Positions 1-13,868 of a DNA stretch of 59,705 bases are shown here, one piece after another; positions within the stretch are counted from its first letter, which is position 1; each line of letters begins with the position of its first letter. Source of the DNA: Catajapyx aquilonaris (lineage: Eukaryota). Position numbers and translations under genes: made by a program. The stretch covers positions 62,001 to 121,705 of the forward strand of contig KZ538145.1 in NCBI GenBank assembly GCA_000934665.2, read 5' to 3'. The notes beneath the pieces are model-generated. The model saw only the letters and a list, made by a program, of their open reading frames with translations, searched no databases and was not told the DNA's origin.

Positions 1-3000
1 GCCCCCGAAACCAGCAGAGCTCATTACCCTAAGCTGCATCCCGGCACGCAAAAAAAAAAAGAAGAGGAAAAAATCCGGAAACTGACCAACTAACTACCGT
101 ACATACTGCATGTAATCTCCCAAGTCAGGCTCAAAATCAACTCACGGCTTATACAACCAATTTGCATCATGTCCAAACTTTTGCAAATTGTTTTCTAATT
201 AGGACATCATCATAATGCCATACGTGTCAAAAATGCTAGACAGTACAGCATGTGTGGGCGATGTTGACGTATATAGCACACACTAGAAAAGCTCAACCCG
301 TCGCTTGCATCATATAGGCTATTAGGTATGTGGTTTGTGGTACATACTGTACAGTCCCCGACTCTGTGAGGCTGAAAATTGTAGCGTACATGTCACATCT
401 TGACTCCATCAGAAGTTGGGCGTGATAATGATGATAATAATAATTGCGCAACCGTACAAGGTTGAAGGGTTGAGCACAAGCAAAGGGCTGATGGTGGTGA
501 CCCCTGTTGGAGCCGCACAAGAACACTAAATTCGATCCTTTCCCTTTTCCGAAAATTGCCTTTGAGGCGGTGGGGGCATTATTATGGAAGGCCAGACATC
601 CTAATTCCCGTTTCGCGATAATCCACCAATTAGTGTCTTCCTCCTGCTCGCCAAATTGCACCCAAACCTCCCTCTCCAACACAATTTGCTCTCGCCCTTC
701 AGCCTTAATCCACCTCCGTCATCTCTTCCCTTATTCCTTACATCCAAGATCAAAGGCGTGTAAGCATCTTATTTTCCTTGAGTTCCACAGACTACTCTTC
801 TGGCAAGAAAACCCATCCATGGCTGGATGGCGCCGGTACTTCAATGAAGAAACGGAATGAAGAGCCAGCCTGGCAACATTGCTTGCTTGCTTGCTTGCTT
901 GCTTGTCGCTAATGGCGAGAGACTTTACCCCCACCGCCTTATTTGGCATGCATTTCGCCAAACGAGTCGGCGGTGAAACTCTGGGAAAAGCGCCGAATTA
1001 TTCTTCGGGAGAAATTTTTGCTTCCCGAACAAACTCATTTACGGAGAACAGCCTCGCGTTATAGATTTTCACTTCCAGACACCACCTCCGAATTCATAGT
1101 CGGCTTCGCAACAAGGTTATTGGCAAAGCTGTCACTCCTTCCTCCCCCTCTACTACAACCCCCCCCACCTACACCTTATTCGGATCCTGCTTCCTTTCCC
1201 ACGTCCTGCATTTCGATTATTATACGTGTCGCTTTGTGCTCGTCTATACCTTCTGACTTGCACCGCCTGACTGACTTCCTCATGTAATTACGCACCTTAT
1301 CTGATCTCACTCCGACAATATCTACACACTTGGACAAAACAGTCTATTTCCTACATTCATAGGTCACACTCTGAAACTTTGCTCAGCCAGAAATCGGGCA
1401 ACTATGGCAAAAGAATCGACAGCAATGCCTGTAAAGATAGAAAGTAACATCTCAATTTCCCTGCCAGTTACGACCGACTTGGTAAGTGCATCGCCAAAGG
1501 ATGAAAGTGCAGAATCTCTTCAGGGATGTCAGCTAATGGGAACATATCCTGGCAATGTCAAAAACTGCCGTGATATGACCAAAGAAGGGAAACTGAGCGG
1601 CTTCCAAACTCTGGTCCTTGCCAACAAAAAAGGTAAGAAGGTGGAGGGGGGGAATATTCTCAGAAGGAATATCGAAGCAGATAAGAGAGAGCGGGAGCAA
1701 GCAAGCGAGTCTTCCAAAAAGTTTGTAGATGGGTGCCATTTATCATTTGATAACTGCGGTGGGCGCCGAACGGCTATTGTCAACTGGGAATCGGGCGTGT
1801 CTCCAAAAAAGAGAGTTAGAAAAGGGAGAGAGAGAGAGAGAGAGACAGAAAAAATGAGTATCCCCTGTAGGCCATCCCTATGCCCACGTCGAAGGGAAAT
1901 GTATGGGCGCATTTCTACGTGTTGCTTGCTGCTTCCCCTCTAGAGATATATTTGCTCCAAACTCGTAGAACGAGGGCAGGCCACTCCACCACCACCACTA
2001 TGGTCCCTTTTTTTGTGTTCAGCTCAACTTTTCCCTTTATCGAGAGAGCTGCCCGGACGCAATTGCGAACAATCGATTACGAAATTACTTTATTTATGAG
2101 TCCTTCCAGCTCATACTTTATCTACAGGATACAAAACATCCCGCTACTTTTCGTCCTGACCAACAAAAACGTAGTTTCGCTATAGTTGGTGTATTCAGGA
2201 TGCCCACAAAGTTACTTCCCAGCCTCCCATCATTTTTCGCAATCTAAACTTCCTCAGGACATGCTCTCAGTTCCATTTCTGCTCAAAAGAGGGCACTACC
2301 TTCGTGCCTCAACATTATGAAACATTCTTTGGCAACCTGTGCGGATGAATGATATGGCTCCCCTAGTAAATAAGTGATAGCATACTGATTGATGGGCTGA
2401 TGGTATCCGTCAAGTATAGCGAGTTGCCTAGAGAGAGGTGACATTGTCTGAAGAGCCCCTGAGTTGAATCAGCTGGAGACTTTCCCAATGGCAGGCCTGT
2501 GGCTCAAACATAGGGTAGCAGCACCGGCGATGGGATCCTGGCCAGAAGGACTCGTTCTATCGATGGGTTTTCGCTTCCTCCCTAAAGAATGTGTCTGCCT
2601 GGTCTGAGCCAACTTCCGCATAGCAACTGAAGCTGTCGCCAAGCACAAATCCCCATATGTATACCTGCATGAAGGTGTCAGCTGGCACGTGCTGGAGCAA
2701 AAACGACTAGTTGGGGACCACTATAATGAGGGCCACAAAAGGAATCCCCATTCCAGCGCCCGCATCGTTATCACCGTCTTATGACCATTGTCACCAGCGG
2801 CCAAAAGAGGTCAGGTTTTGAACCGCCACCTCCAGTTCCAGACTTTGAATAGAACTAGGCCTATCTCTGGGTTTTGAGCCTGACTAAATGCACGCAGAGG
2901 AATTCGGCCACAATAAGAGAGGAGCCGACTATCAGAGAAATTCATCACGACTCCGCGCCAGCCCATTATGATTCACAGCTTAAATTAACCCCTTCCGAGT

Positions 3001-6000
3001 GGAGACTAAGGACACGTAAAATGCTCCCGTAAAATCCAAATGGATCGTTTGACAAGTTGACCGAGTCGGGGACGGAGAGCGAGACCCTGTCCCCTTCCCC
3101 AAAAAAAGAGAGAGAAAAGGCGAAGTAGGGGGGTGAGCAAACTTTCAATAAAGGACCCGTGACGGTTATGAGCTTCTCCCCCATTGTTCGTTGCCCCCGC
3201 CCAAGCCATTTCACGTTAACATCACGCCAGCACACACTCGTCTAACAATCTTATAAGTTGGTATCTAGCGACAAACACGTTTGTCATGCTCCGCTCGTAA
3301 GTGCTGCGAAACTGAAGGAATGGCAATATGGCGCAGTGGAAACAGCTCCCTCAGGTTCTCATCAGTTCCTATGTATTTGCAGTGCCGGAGCGCCAAATGT
3401 CCTGGGAGGAAAGTACGACGATTGGTTCGCACAGTTCCCGAGAGCCGCACATGCGATTTGCTGTTTTCCAAAAACGCGGTTTTCACACATGGATTGGTGC
3501 ACACTCATGTGTAGTTAGCGTTGTAACTGCATGTGTATAAAAAGGGGGGTTGGTTAGATTAGTTTTTTGTTCAGAACACAAACGATTTGGACCATACCGA
3601 AACTCCCATGAGACCTATACTGGGATTCGGCTCGTTGAGTTGGTCTGTACACTGTACAGTATTCTCAAAAAACACATACGACGTGAATCCATAAAACCTC
3701 AAAATGCTCTCCTTACAGTTTATGAAAGTATTCCAGGCTGCCAAAGTATAGACCTCACCTCATCCACTTTGCATACTGTATTCAAAGGGTACAGTGCCAG
3801 ACAATTACTAGGCCAGAAGAGTAACACACACTCTCAACATACCAAAATCTCAAGTACACGACCCCATTTCCCCGACCATTATAAACCCCAAAAACTATGG
3901 TATTGTTGTGAAATACCGAAGCATGCTGAAATTAGCCCTAGGTTGGATGGCTGGATTACTTTGTAATCAAATCGAGCCAGCGACTGCGCACCTGAGTCTA
4001 TCGCGCGTGCAACCAGGAGACGAAGAAAAAAAAAATCCCAAATTGTTCCTGGGAAGAGCAAGGCAGAGGGCCCTCAGGAATTCAGCACAGCCTTGCTCTA
4101 TGGGATATGTTTGGCGAATGAAATGAAGGAACGACCAGCAACGAAATTGAGCCACAGAATGGCATAGATGGTATAGGCTAGAGGGTAAGTGAGAGGAAAA
4201 GTGAACTTAACCCGATTTCTATGTGGGTGGAGGGAATGAACCACGAGTGGTCTCCTTTTCCAAATCCCTAATCGTGTTTGGCTCTTGTCTTTCGTACTCA
4301 TCTCCCAACGGAGGCCAATCGTAGCCACAAGAAAAATGCTCAAAACGCAATTAGTTGGGGGGGGGGGGGCTGCACTGGCCAAGGCAACAGCATCCAACTT
4401 TAATCTAAGTCAACTCTGAGAATTCCATTTTCTTCACAAATTAGCAGTTTTTTTCCCCGTCAAAATAAAGGCAAAGAAACGTCAATCACATTCCTTTGGG
4501 TTCTATTACATGGCTAGATCAATACTTTTGCACTTAGCTGTACACCAGTAATAAGAGATTGGAAAATCTAACAAATTCTGTTTCTTACAGTATATGCTCC
4601 AAAACACCAAAAGTTCCTCCTGCTGGCTGTACAGTTACAGTGCAATAAATATGTACGTCATACCCTGAATCCCATAAGGCTGGAACTTCAAACGCCTGCA
4701 GGAAAACGTGTCAAAACTTTCAGGGTAGTTAAAACACATTTTCAGGCATATGCATTGCAATTTTCAACCTTATGCAATATTACCGCCATATCTGCCGTGC
4801 TTGTTGCATGTGCACTTCAACAGCATTAAACTATAATTTTGTTTCACAGTATGCCAAGTAATATTTTATCCATATCAATAATATATATATGAAGGGGTAC
4901 CAGGTTTACCGCCATCATATCTATGTTATTTCAGTGATCAGATTTTTTTAGGCATGTCGATGTACACAAAAATTTTAATTCCATACAGTACGGAATGTTT
5001 GCACAGAAAAATACTCTAAATAGTTCCTGGCCGAGTCAACATCCATCGAATAACTTTTGCAAAACAAACGTTATCATCAATGTTCGTCCCAATTTTAGCA
5101 CCTGGAACAGAAGACAACCTAACGACACGTCTCCTCCTTCAGGGCATGTGGATGAACTTCCGAGACAAAGAATGTTAAAGGAAGTGCATGGGGAGGGGGG
5201 GGGGGAGGGAGAAGAAGACAAGATAGTGAGGGGTGGATAGCTAGCCAATCCAGCATCGCGGCTTATTAGATTGCCAAGCTTGAGTCGGCCTCTCCTAATA
5301 AGCAATGAACAAGCGATCAAAGTGAATTTGGGCAGAGCAGGCGCTCTCCGCCGATCAATAGGACGTGGCAGGATGACAAACTCAATTACTAGCTCCCCCA
5401 CCTACCACCCACCCTACTCAACCTACCCCTGGCGCCTGCCTGCATAGGTCCTATAAAAGCCAAAACTTTGACCATTTCGGCGGCGGTTTGATGGAGAACT
5501 TTCCATCCCGCCGATCGGAATCAAGCCAGGAAAATTTGCAAAAGTTGTGCGAGTGGACGCTTATTTATCCGCTGACACCCCCCCACCCAAGAACAGGATG
5601 AGTCACAAGCGGTTGGCATCAAAACTTCGATCGATGTAAAAAAAAACTGCAACTTTTACTTAAGAAAAAAAACATGGCTTATCTTGCATAAAAATTGCTA
5701 AGTAAAACAGCAGGGGATGAAAAGGGCTATATTAGAAAGCTACTCTCTCGTATCCCCCAAGTGCTGTTGCTGCTGCTAACGGCTTACGAAGCCGCAAAGG
5801 CTTTTCTATGGCCTCGGATGAACCATCACTAGATTCGAAGGGGTCTACAGGCAAACCGCAGGCCTTTCAAGTTCACTGCACAAAGAACTGGCTGATGACA
5901 CGGGGGATAAAAATATGTGGATGTATATGCATTTTGCACGATTTGATTTCTGGGCACTTCAGACGAAATTTCGTGCTTGCTTGGGGATGCTGTACTCTCA

Positions 6001-6044
6001 AAGGATTGGCTTGGAATTAAAGCAGTTTTGCCAACTGGTCACAG

Positions 6045-6266
6045 CAAGGGGTTAGCAACTCCCCAAAAAAGTGTACACCGGGTTCCACCTGGTTCCAGGG
6101 CGGTTCCACCTGGTTCCAGGGCGGTTCCACCTGGTTTCAGGGCGGTTCCACCTGGTTCCAGGGCAGTTCCACCTGGTTCCAGGGCGGTTCCACCTGGTTC
6201 CAGGGCGGTTCCACCTGGTTCCTTGGCCAGTGTGTACACCGGTTCCAGGGAGTTGCTAACCCCTTG
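6045..6266. mobile_element. hAT-type MITE filled with a 21-bp minisatellite
   Basis: 19-bp perfect TIRs CAAGGGGTTAGCAACTCCC (6045-6063) and GGGAGTTGCTAACCCCTTG (6248-6266). Perfect 8-bp TSD GGTCACAG at 6037-6044 and 6267-6274. CA...TG termini with an 8-bp TSD are typical of hAT. Confidence 0.9.
6081..6221 (+). repeat. 21-bp tandem repeat (GGTTCCACCTGGTTCCAGGGC), ~6.7 copies
   Basis: Directly visible; explains the repetitive VPPGSRA and ALEPGGT ORFs. Confidence 0.95.
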
Positions 6267-6684
6267 GGTCACAGGTATAGCAAAAGTTTATGATATGTCA
6301 CACTATACGTTTAGTCAAATGGTCCGAATGTAATCCCACACTTGCGCATGCATAATTAAACAGACACTATAAATAAACTAGTCGACATGCATGCATGTGA
6401 CGCTTTTGTGTCATAATATAGCTATGATCTCAAAGTTGACAAGTTTAAAATCACAAATTAGAATTAGGAGAGAAACTGGTTTAAACTACGTGTTGGGAAG
6501 TACTAACTTATTGTATAATTAAGGAAAGATAAGGTGGATCATTAAAATTCGGATTTTCCGGAGGATGCACGTTAATTTACAAACTCGTGGAGCTTGCTTC
6601 TCCCACTCTATGCATAAATCAAGACACTTCGACTGGTCGGCCATCATTCTGTACCTAATTGAGCGTCGTGGCGTTGGATTTATC

Positions 6685-6870
6685 CTTTTATTTTTATTTT
6701 TATTTTTTAAATTTACCCCGTGATAGGGCTGAGCCCTTTCAGGGGGGGGGGGGAAGGGGAGGTTCCCGAGGGAGGGCCCTGTAATTATAGTCATTTCTGA
6801 CTTTCTGAAATACACCAGACCTTTTCTCCTGACCCTGGGCAGAGTAGGGAGTGCAATTCTGCCCCGGCAT
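6685..6870 (-). mobile_element. 5'-truncated SINE (family B)
   Basis: Shares body motifs (TAGTCATTTC, CCAGACCTTTTCTC, GTGCAATTC) and the GTGATAGGG...GGGGG 3' segment with the full copy at 47322-47576. T-rich run at ~6685-6708 is the A-rich tail on the minus strand. No tRNA head. Confidence 0.7.
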
Positions 6871-6940
6871 GCAATCTTTTTTTAAAACCATTTCAGCTAC
6901 GTTCCTTCCTGTTACATTCTAGATGTTATCCCACAATCCA

Positions 6941-6966
6941 TTGTTGTTGTTGTTGTTGTTGTTGTT
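6941..6966. repeat. (GTT)n microsatellite
   Basis: Directly visible. Confidence 0.9.
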
Positions 6967-9900
6967 GCACACACGACTTGTACAGAACATTAGGCAGATC
7001 TAGTTAACGCTTGCTAGGCGTAACATTTCGACTGTGCAGCTTTTATTGTCTTGCACATGTCCGAGTCTGTAGGCAGCAAATAAGCATGTCGAGCATGCAG
7101 TGATACCCGCAGTGTAGCAGTGCAATGGCGCCAATCTTGAAAGGAGTTGCGCACGTAGGGTACGTATCAGCAGACAAAGAGGAAATAGGAGGAGGCCCAC
7201 ATAGCCTGGGGCTGCTGCTGGCTGTTGTTCGAAAACTGTTTTCGGCACTGGCTTTATAATGAGGAAACTAATTAAGGGGGAGGCCTCCGCGTACCAAGTA
7301 ATAGAGAGAAGCTAGGGAATCCAAGCTCGGGGGTCCATCCTGCAGAACATAACCAATAATGCGCAAAGTCAATACCCTCTTATCTCCTGCAGGATCATGT
7401 TCCGTCCACAAATTACCAACCAGCATCAGCTTTGTTCCTCATTTTAATTGTAATGCATCCCCTCTACCAGGAACGAATTTCTTAGAAGAAGAAAAAAAAA
7501 CTCCGGAGCAGTTTGAATCCCGGCGATTAAGCTCATTTCTCATTATCCGCCAAACCCATTCACGCTGAAATTTTCTTGAGAAAAGGGGTTCTTGTGGACT
7601 CATGCAGAAGATTTTGTGGACACTGCAACGATAGGAGGCTGGGGTGAACTCGTGTTGAGAAGGTTAGTCGAGCTGATTTCCCCTCCAGGGGTCGAAGGTG
7701 GAAGAAGCTGGGGTAGGGGGGGGGGAGGTAAAAGGGGGGTGGAGAAATCTGATCTAGGATGGAGCAGCTCTTATGTGTGCTCTCTCAAGGGGACTCGAAT
7801 GGGAAGTGAATGGCATGGAAAATGCTGGTGGGGCCCATTACCATTCCGGCGGCGCAACTTGTCCTGATCGAAACTCCTCCTGCAGCTACAAGCCCACTAT
7901 TGTTCCTTACAAGCCAACCCTCCCCACCTTCCCCTACCATGCCAGACAGTAGGGGGGGCAGACGGGATTACTTCCGCGCGACATACTGCACCTGCTCCTA
8001 CCTGCAATTCAACACTATCGTACATACAGCCATTTCTGGAGAAACTCAAGGACAAGAAATGTAATTCATTTGCACCATCAGACCGGAACAAACTAATAAA
8101 AGTGCGTGCCCCTTGCATGTCATCAAACCATGCATAATGAAGGCACCGCCCCTCATAAAACGTCGCAGCCAATCACCATTGATGGACATTAGGGCAGGTT
8201 TTGATGAGGCCCAAGCACACTCCAAAAGAACCCAAGCCAGCCAGAGAAAGAATAAGCCCCAGCAACCTAGCCTCCTCTCCATTTTGCAGGCGGGCCTCTG
8301 ACAGCGCCCCGCTTGTCCATTTGCCAAAATGCTGTCATGGAGCTCTCCTCACAGAATAGAGATGGCCTCATTTCGTCACATCACAAAGTTTCCCCATAAT
8401 TTACGTACTGGGACCTCCCCGAACCCGGATGGGCGGAGGGGGCCCCGGTTCACCGCCGCACAATCCTGGGCCTCCGGAATAACTAAACTTGTCCTCCATT
8501 TTTTCCCCATCCTTATAAACTCCAATTCCAATCGCCAGCTTGACACTAACTTAGATGTACTGCCCAGCTGACATGCTCCACTCATACACTATAGCAGCAT
8601 CCAATTTTGGAGGTGGCAACAGTCCACAAAGCTTATGTGTACAGACCGAATATTCGTTTGAATCCATCCTCCACAAACGTAGGTGTGACCGGTTGATTCC
8701 AAGTTGGGTATAATCCACTTGGTTGCACATGTATGAATCTAACAAGACTTTGATCTGCTTCCAAGCGAACGGACTGATGCAGCGTGATTAGATACCCCTG
8801 CATGTGGCTAATAGCCACAGGGCTGCGTCCAGGCTATTTGATTCCGGAATGAGCAAGACAGCTATATTCAATGAATCCGGACAAAGTTATCGGGTGTTGA
8901 CAAAAAATACGTTGTAATTTTGTCCACTCGTTAAAAATATGGTAACCAATAATTATTGATAACTGGGTTATGCCCGACCGCAATAACTAAATAATTAACA
9001 ACACACCATCAAATCACCGTGATTAATTGACTGTGTTAAACGATAGGTTGTCTGCAATGCAGGTGGCTCTATTTGGTACACAACTTGCCTCTAATTATAT
9101 TACATAAATTCAATTAGGCACGCCCAATAAATCGCCGTTCATTACATTCTAAACCGATCCGCATGGAACAATTTAGTGCCCATCCCTGCCACAGACAGAT
9201 CCAGAAATGCAAAGAGATGGTTCGGAATCCTCAATATTGACCTGACCGGTCAGATTTGATTCCTTTTTTTTTTCGTCCTCAAAAAAAAGACCACTTTATG
9301 ACACGCTTCCCTGTTTTGTCCCCTGCGACTTGAAACCCAATCAATTCCCAGAGCTTGAGAGTCAGGGGGAAGTGAGGGGGCATGTTGTATCATAAACCTT
9401 CCTGGGGTCCTCCCCAGCCCCTCCTCTCCTCAAAACCAAATTGCGAATTCAACAGCTCCGGAGATCCGTCATGCGGAAAACTCCGGCGGCAAAGGGAAGG
9501 TCGAGAGAGGCCGAGGAGGGAAACTGGCGAGGGGAGCCAGTCAATTCCTTCCTAATGTCAACACGATCCGCGATGCAAAGTTGCCGGCACCACCCCTCCC
9601 CCACCCACCCTCACTCTCGCCCCACCCAAACTTTTATTGGCAAAGTTTGGTCGGTCGGGCTTTCTCTGCAAGATAGCAGATACACAGTCCAGTGGACATG
9701 GCGACCCGACCTTCTTCTGAGTCAGCCAACCGATTTGGAGTCAAACTTTGTAGCCACAAGCTAAAATTTTCTAAGTCATCAAAACTGTCAGGGATATAGC
9801 CGCCACAATAACCTGTAGCTGTGATAATTATTATTTCATAATTTTATGCCAGAGTAGGCCAACATACAGTACCCATCTCCTCTCTCCACATCCGCGGCTA

Positions 9901-11831
9901 TAAATATTTTCACTGCAAAACGCCTCCTCTTTATACATGCACCTATAGAATATTTAACATAGCTACACCCTGAAGCATCTAGTTGGTGTACACTTGTATC
10001 CATTTTGTTAGCATAAGGATGTTCATGGCGTCACCCCGGAAGGTACTCATTATGCCTCCAAAAAAAATTGGGTAGTTAGCAAAAATCGCTCAAAGTAGGC
10101 AGAGACGACGTACTTTTTAAAAATATATGCCAGTGGAAAACCACATTTCAAAGAGACTTTCAGAAATACCAGTCCCACATTAATAAATAACAGCGTCATG
10201 AACACGTGGCACTCGCCATTTCTGACACCCCTGCTGACATCCAGAGACACTAACCTGCTTAATGTGGCTTACAATACCACGGCCCCGGTGCTATATTGCC
10301 AAGGGCTAATGAGAATCGAGGTTCCGTAGAAAATGCAGTGGATGGCGATATAATCCTAATGTGTAGAAGAGGGCTGGCTGGGTGCGACCATTACTCTAAT
10401 CTTCTCGGCGAGTGTCGGTTTCCCCGGAACCGGCTCTTCATCTCCGGAGCCAAATCTCCGCCCATTTCGATTGGCTGCCTTTTAATTGAGCGCCCACTGG
10501 CTTTATTAGCCGAGGGCCAAACACAGCACCCTAGCAAGAACGTTGCCTTATTTGACACCCCTGCAATCATCAGTATTCATTAATTGTTGTGGACCTACTT
10601 CACATCCTGGACGCTAGTGGGCTACCACTCACCAGAGATGGCGCTGGTGGGCCACCAGTGCCATCTTTGGTGAGTAATAAGAGTTGGCATCTGCTGTCCC
10701 CAACAAAATGTGCAAGAATATTCGTGATTGAATGGTTCCGAATCAGAAAGAGTTGTTTGGCAGAAGTGTCTCCTCTCTTGAAAGAGTAGATGAAGAGTGA
10801 GTGCGTGATGTCAGCTTCCTTTCCTTCTTCCCCACTGCTTCTTCCCGCCCTCCCTAAGTTCTGCCTCATTGAAAATGGAAATGTCCTCCTTGATCGTCCC
10901 TGGCGTCATCACGCCATGTTCGTGCCAAACTCCCCCACAAACCGTACAGTAACGCTCTTCATCAAGAGATCCTTACGCCCATCAGTATGCATTACAAGCT
11001 TTTTCAATCCGTCCACGCAGCCCTCCCCAAAATGGTCTCCATTTGGGAGCCAAATCGCCTTCAAAACGCTCCTGTCACCGCCTCTTCAATCAGAATTAGT
11101 CCCCCATTCGCGCTTCCTCTGCACGCACTTGCAAACCGCATAATTGTACCCCTGCACCTGCACAAACTGCAACACAAGCACATGCCATCCATCATCGTCA
11201 TCCATTTTTTTTTTTACTCTATTTTTCTCTTGCCCCAGGTGAATGCACGCATTTTACATGTGCAACTATAGTCAGACCTTTCCGTTCAATTTGGATTTTT
11301 CCGACCGAAAGCGGTTTAATTGGCACGAACCGCGGGACAATTTCAGGCTCGCTTTACCCCTACCCCACCCATCCCTGGATACACACGCACAAAAAAAAAA
11401 GTTTTGAAAAAAAAAAGCGAGGAATGTACAGCTTCAAGTGAGAGCACAAATTGCCGGCCTCTTTTGCGAGCAGATTGTTCGGAAAAGCCGCACTTACTTT
11501 TAAATCGGCGTTGGCCACAATTAAGAGCAGAAGTAGGTAATTGGGTAGCGGGTGGGCAAGAGCCACATGGTGCCCATCGTTCCCCCCATCTACCCCCTAC
11601 CCCCGGTCCATTGGCCGCCGATAAACCACTGTGCCTCGAAACAAGTCCCAAGTGCGAGTTGGGAGAGCTGCAAATCGGGAGCTTTCACTCGGAAACCACA
11701 GCTGCCCTTTCACCACTCACACACTCAGTTTATATGACATATAGTCGCACATCCAACGGGCCGAAATAAATAATAGTAGTCGCACCATTCATTCAAGCGC
11801 AATGAGAGACAGAATGTGACAGGGGTAGTGG

Positions 11832-12033
11832 CACCTAACCTACCTTCCCAGCGAATACACACCTAACCTACCTTCCCAGCGAATACACACCTAACCTACC
11901 TTCCCAGCGAATACACAGTGTGTATTCGCTGGGAAGGTAGGTTAGGTGTGTATTCGCTGGGAAGGTAGTATAGGTGAGTATTACACACCTATACCACCTT
12001 CCCACCGAATACACACCTATCCTACCTTCCCAG
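11832..12033. repeat. 28-bp unit array with an internal inversion (3 forward, ~2 reverse, ~2 degenerate forward)
   Basis: CACCTAACCTACCTTCCCAGCGAATACA x3 (11832-11915), then reverse-complement copies from ~11918, then degenerate forward copies to ~12033. Confidence 0.92.
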
Positions 12034-12095
12034 CACACAGACTTGCGCTCAATAAGCTATGGGGACGTCGAAAACTCAACTTTTCGAAGCTAGTG

Positions 12096-12126
12096 TAACC
12101 TAACCTAACCTAACCTAACTAACCTA
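12096..12126. repeat. (TAACC)n microsatellite, ~6 units
   Basis: Directly visible. Same pentamer as the arthropod TTAGG telomere motif, but short and interstitial. Confidence 0.85.
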
Positions 12127-12291
12127 GGCTGAGAGAAATGGACTTCTGTGATACCCTGCAAATCGAAATTGTGGGGACATGTCCCCACTATAACGGCAAG
12201 GTTCTGGTGTGTGAAGATGTGGGGACCCACAATGTCCCCACAGTTACAGTAAAAACGCATACTTCCGGTCTCACAGCTTATTGAATACAAG

Positions 12292-12365
12292 AACACACAT
12301 ATCCTTCAGTAGATACACGCCTAGGACTAGGTAAAAGTGTGGGATCTCTCGATACGAAAGCATAG
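12292..12365 (+). repeat. Fragment of unclassified dispersed repeat (family R)
   Basis: TATCCTTCAG..GATACACGCCTAGG...GTAAAAGTG..GG.TCTC matches 51059-51232 and the reverse complement of 59296-59502. Confidence 0.7.
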
Positions 12366-13278
12366 CAGCAGAAAATTCCTATATAGTGTGTACACATAGG
12401 AACATACTTCCCTATGACCGTCTCATGTCTCAGACTCCAATGTAATACGACACACACACGTGCCACCCACTAATGGCAATACATTTGTACCTTTTCAGGT
12501 AGTATTGCCGTTAAAGCACACACCAAAAAAAAAATCCGAGCTGTTTTTTCTAGCTCTCTGGGCATTTCGGGGGGGCTCGTGCTAATGCAGGGAGTAAACA
12601 TAGCGAGAGGATGGCGTGTGCGTAAATTCCCTGACAAAACAACCAAGGGCGCACTTGGGACACCATATCAAGCCCACGTTATTCTCAAAAGGTGTGAAAC
12701 CGTATCGAACTGATAAAATGAGTCGAAGAACTATATACCAGTCAAGAAAATCTAATCGTGTCAACGTGCCATGTGTCACATGGAACATTATCTCTCTTAA
12801 GTGGACTTTGACAGGAATTAGATTTGATACCCCCATCCCCTCAAGTAATGTAACACAGTATAGGTCTTCAGGCAGGCAGGCAAACATACGAAATCCAATA
12901 AGAGAAAAAGCGCTGCGCCGAACCCCCCCCNCCCCCTTCGGCTCACGCACGTCGTGTACTCACGGCGCAATCTTTTACGCCGGAGGCATTAATAATGGAG
13001 ATGCTATCTTGTCTCCATTGATACTATCGACAAGTCTTGACTCGCGTGCGTCTCTCTCTCTCCTGCACATGCCAAATACATGCCCAGGTTAGGTCCGCTG
13101 AGGCCCAATGGGAAGGTGGCACGCGAGCCAGACCTGATGACATGACCCCACGATAGATAACCTGCATACGGTATGAGTACAGAATGGGGTTCTTAACCTG
13201 CTCGGACATGTCTTGAATCGCGACTAGAAATCTGCTCCGATGTGCTAGACGGAATCTGATTCACAATGTAACCGTATA

Positions 13279-13518
13279 CAGGGTGTTTGCTCAAATTTTG
13301 TCCAAAAGTCTTCAGCACTTTCCCATACAATGGAGACCCTCCAAAGTTTTTGACTCAAATTGACCATTTGGCCATACGGCTCAATAGTTGAACGTGCCAA
13401 TTTTGGAGAAGCCCATTTGGAAGACAATTTCGGCAAAAGTTGCACAGTACTTTTCCGACCTATTAAGGGTGCCTTATGCCCAACTTTCAGGAAATGCATT
13501 ACTTTGAGACACACCCTG
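13279..13518. mobile_element. Tc1/mariner-type MITE
   Basis: TA|CAGGGTGT...ACACCCTG|TA termini, 240 bp, no ORF. Confidence 0.75.
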
Positions 13519-13794
13519 TATTTTATTCGCCGCTACAAATGCATTCAAGCCCAGCTTAGACTATAAATTAAAGAGGGGAGCCCTTTTCTTCACATGGTCT
13601 TTCATCCAATTGATCATGAATTTTGCGCCGCAGGGAACCAATTTGCGTCAATCTGATGGAGTAGACGTAAGAAGACAAAAAAAATAATAAAGACTTGTAA
13701 AGCAGAACAATCAGAGTCACATATGAGCTGTTGTAGATGTGGGTGTACAGAAATCAACTGATTTTACAGAAGAAAAAAAACAGTTTTGAGATGA

Positions 13795-13868
13795 CTGGTG
13801 TGACGTCAGATCGTTCTTTCGCTTAAAGGACTTCCTTTAAGCGAAAGAACGATCTGACGTCACACCAG
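13795..13868. repeat. Perfect palindrome, 36-bp arms, 2-nt spacer
   Basis: CTGGTGTGACGTCAGATCGTTCTTTCGCTTAAAGGA-CT-TCCTTTAAGCGAAAGAACGATCTGACGTCACACCAG. Confidence 0.92.

Noticed and set aside
1404..1943. 179-aa ATG ORF
   Set aside because: Low-complexity GA-derived segments and no recognisable motifs; consistent with chance.
5977..6333. Repetitive VPPGSRA and ALEPGGT peptides
   Set aside because: Open frames are an artefact of a stop-free 21-bp minisatellite inside a hAT MITE.
11832..11915. 28-bp repeats as a CRISPR array
   Set aside because: Head-to-tail with no spacers, and partly inverted.
12096..12126. Telomere
   Set aside because: Only ~6 TAACC units, interstitial and next to repeat fragments.
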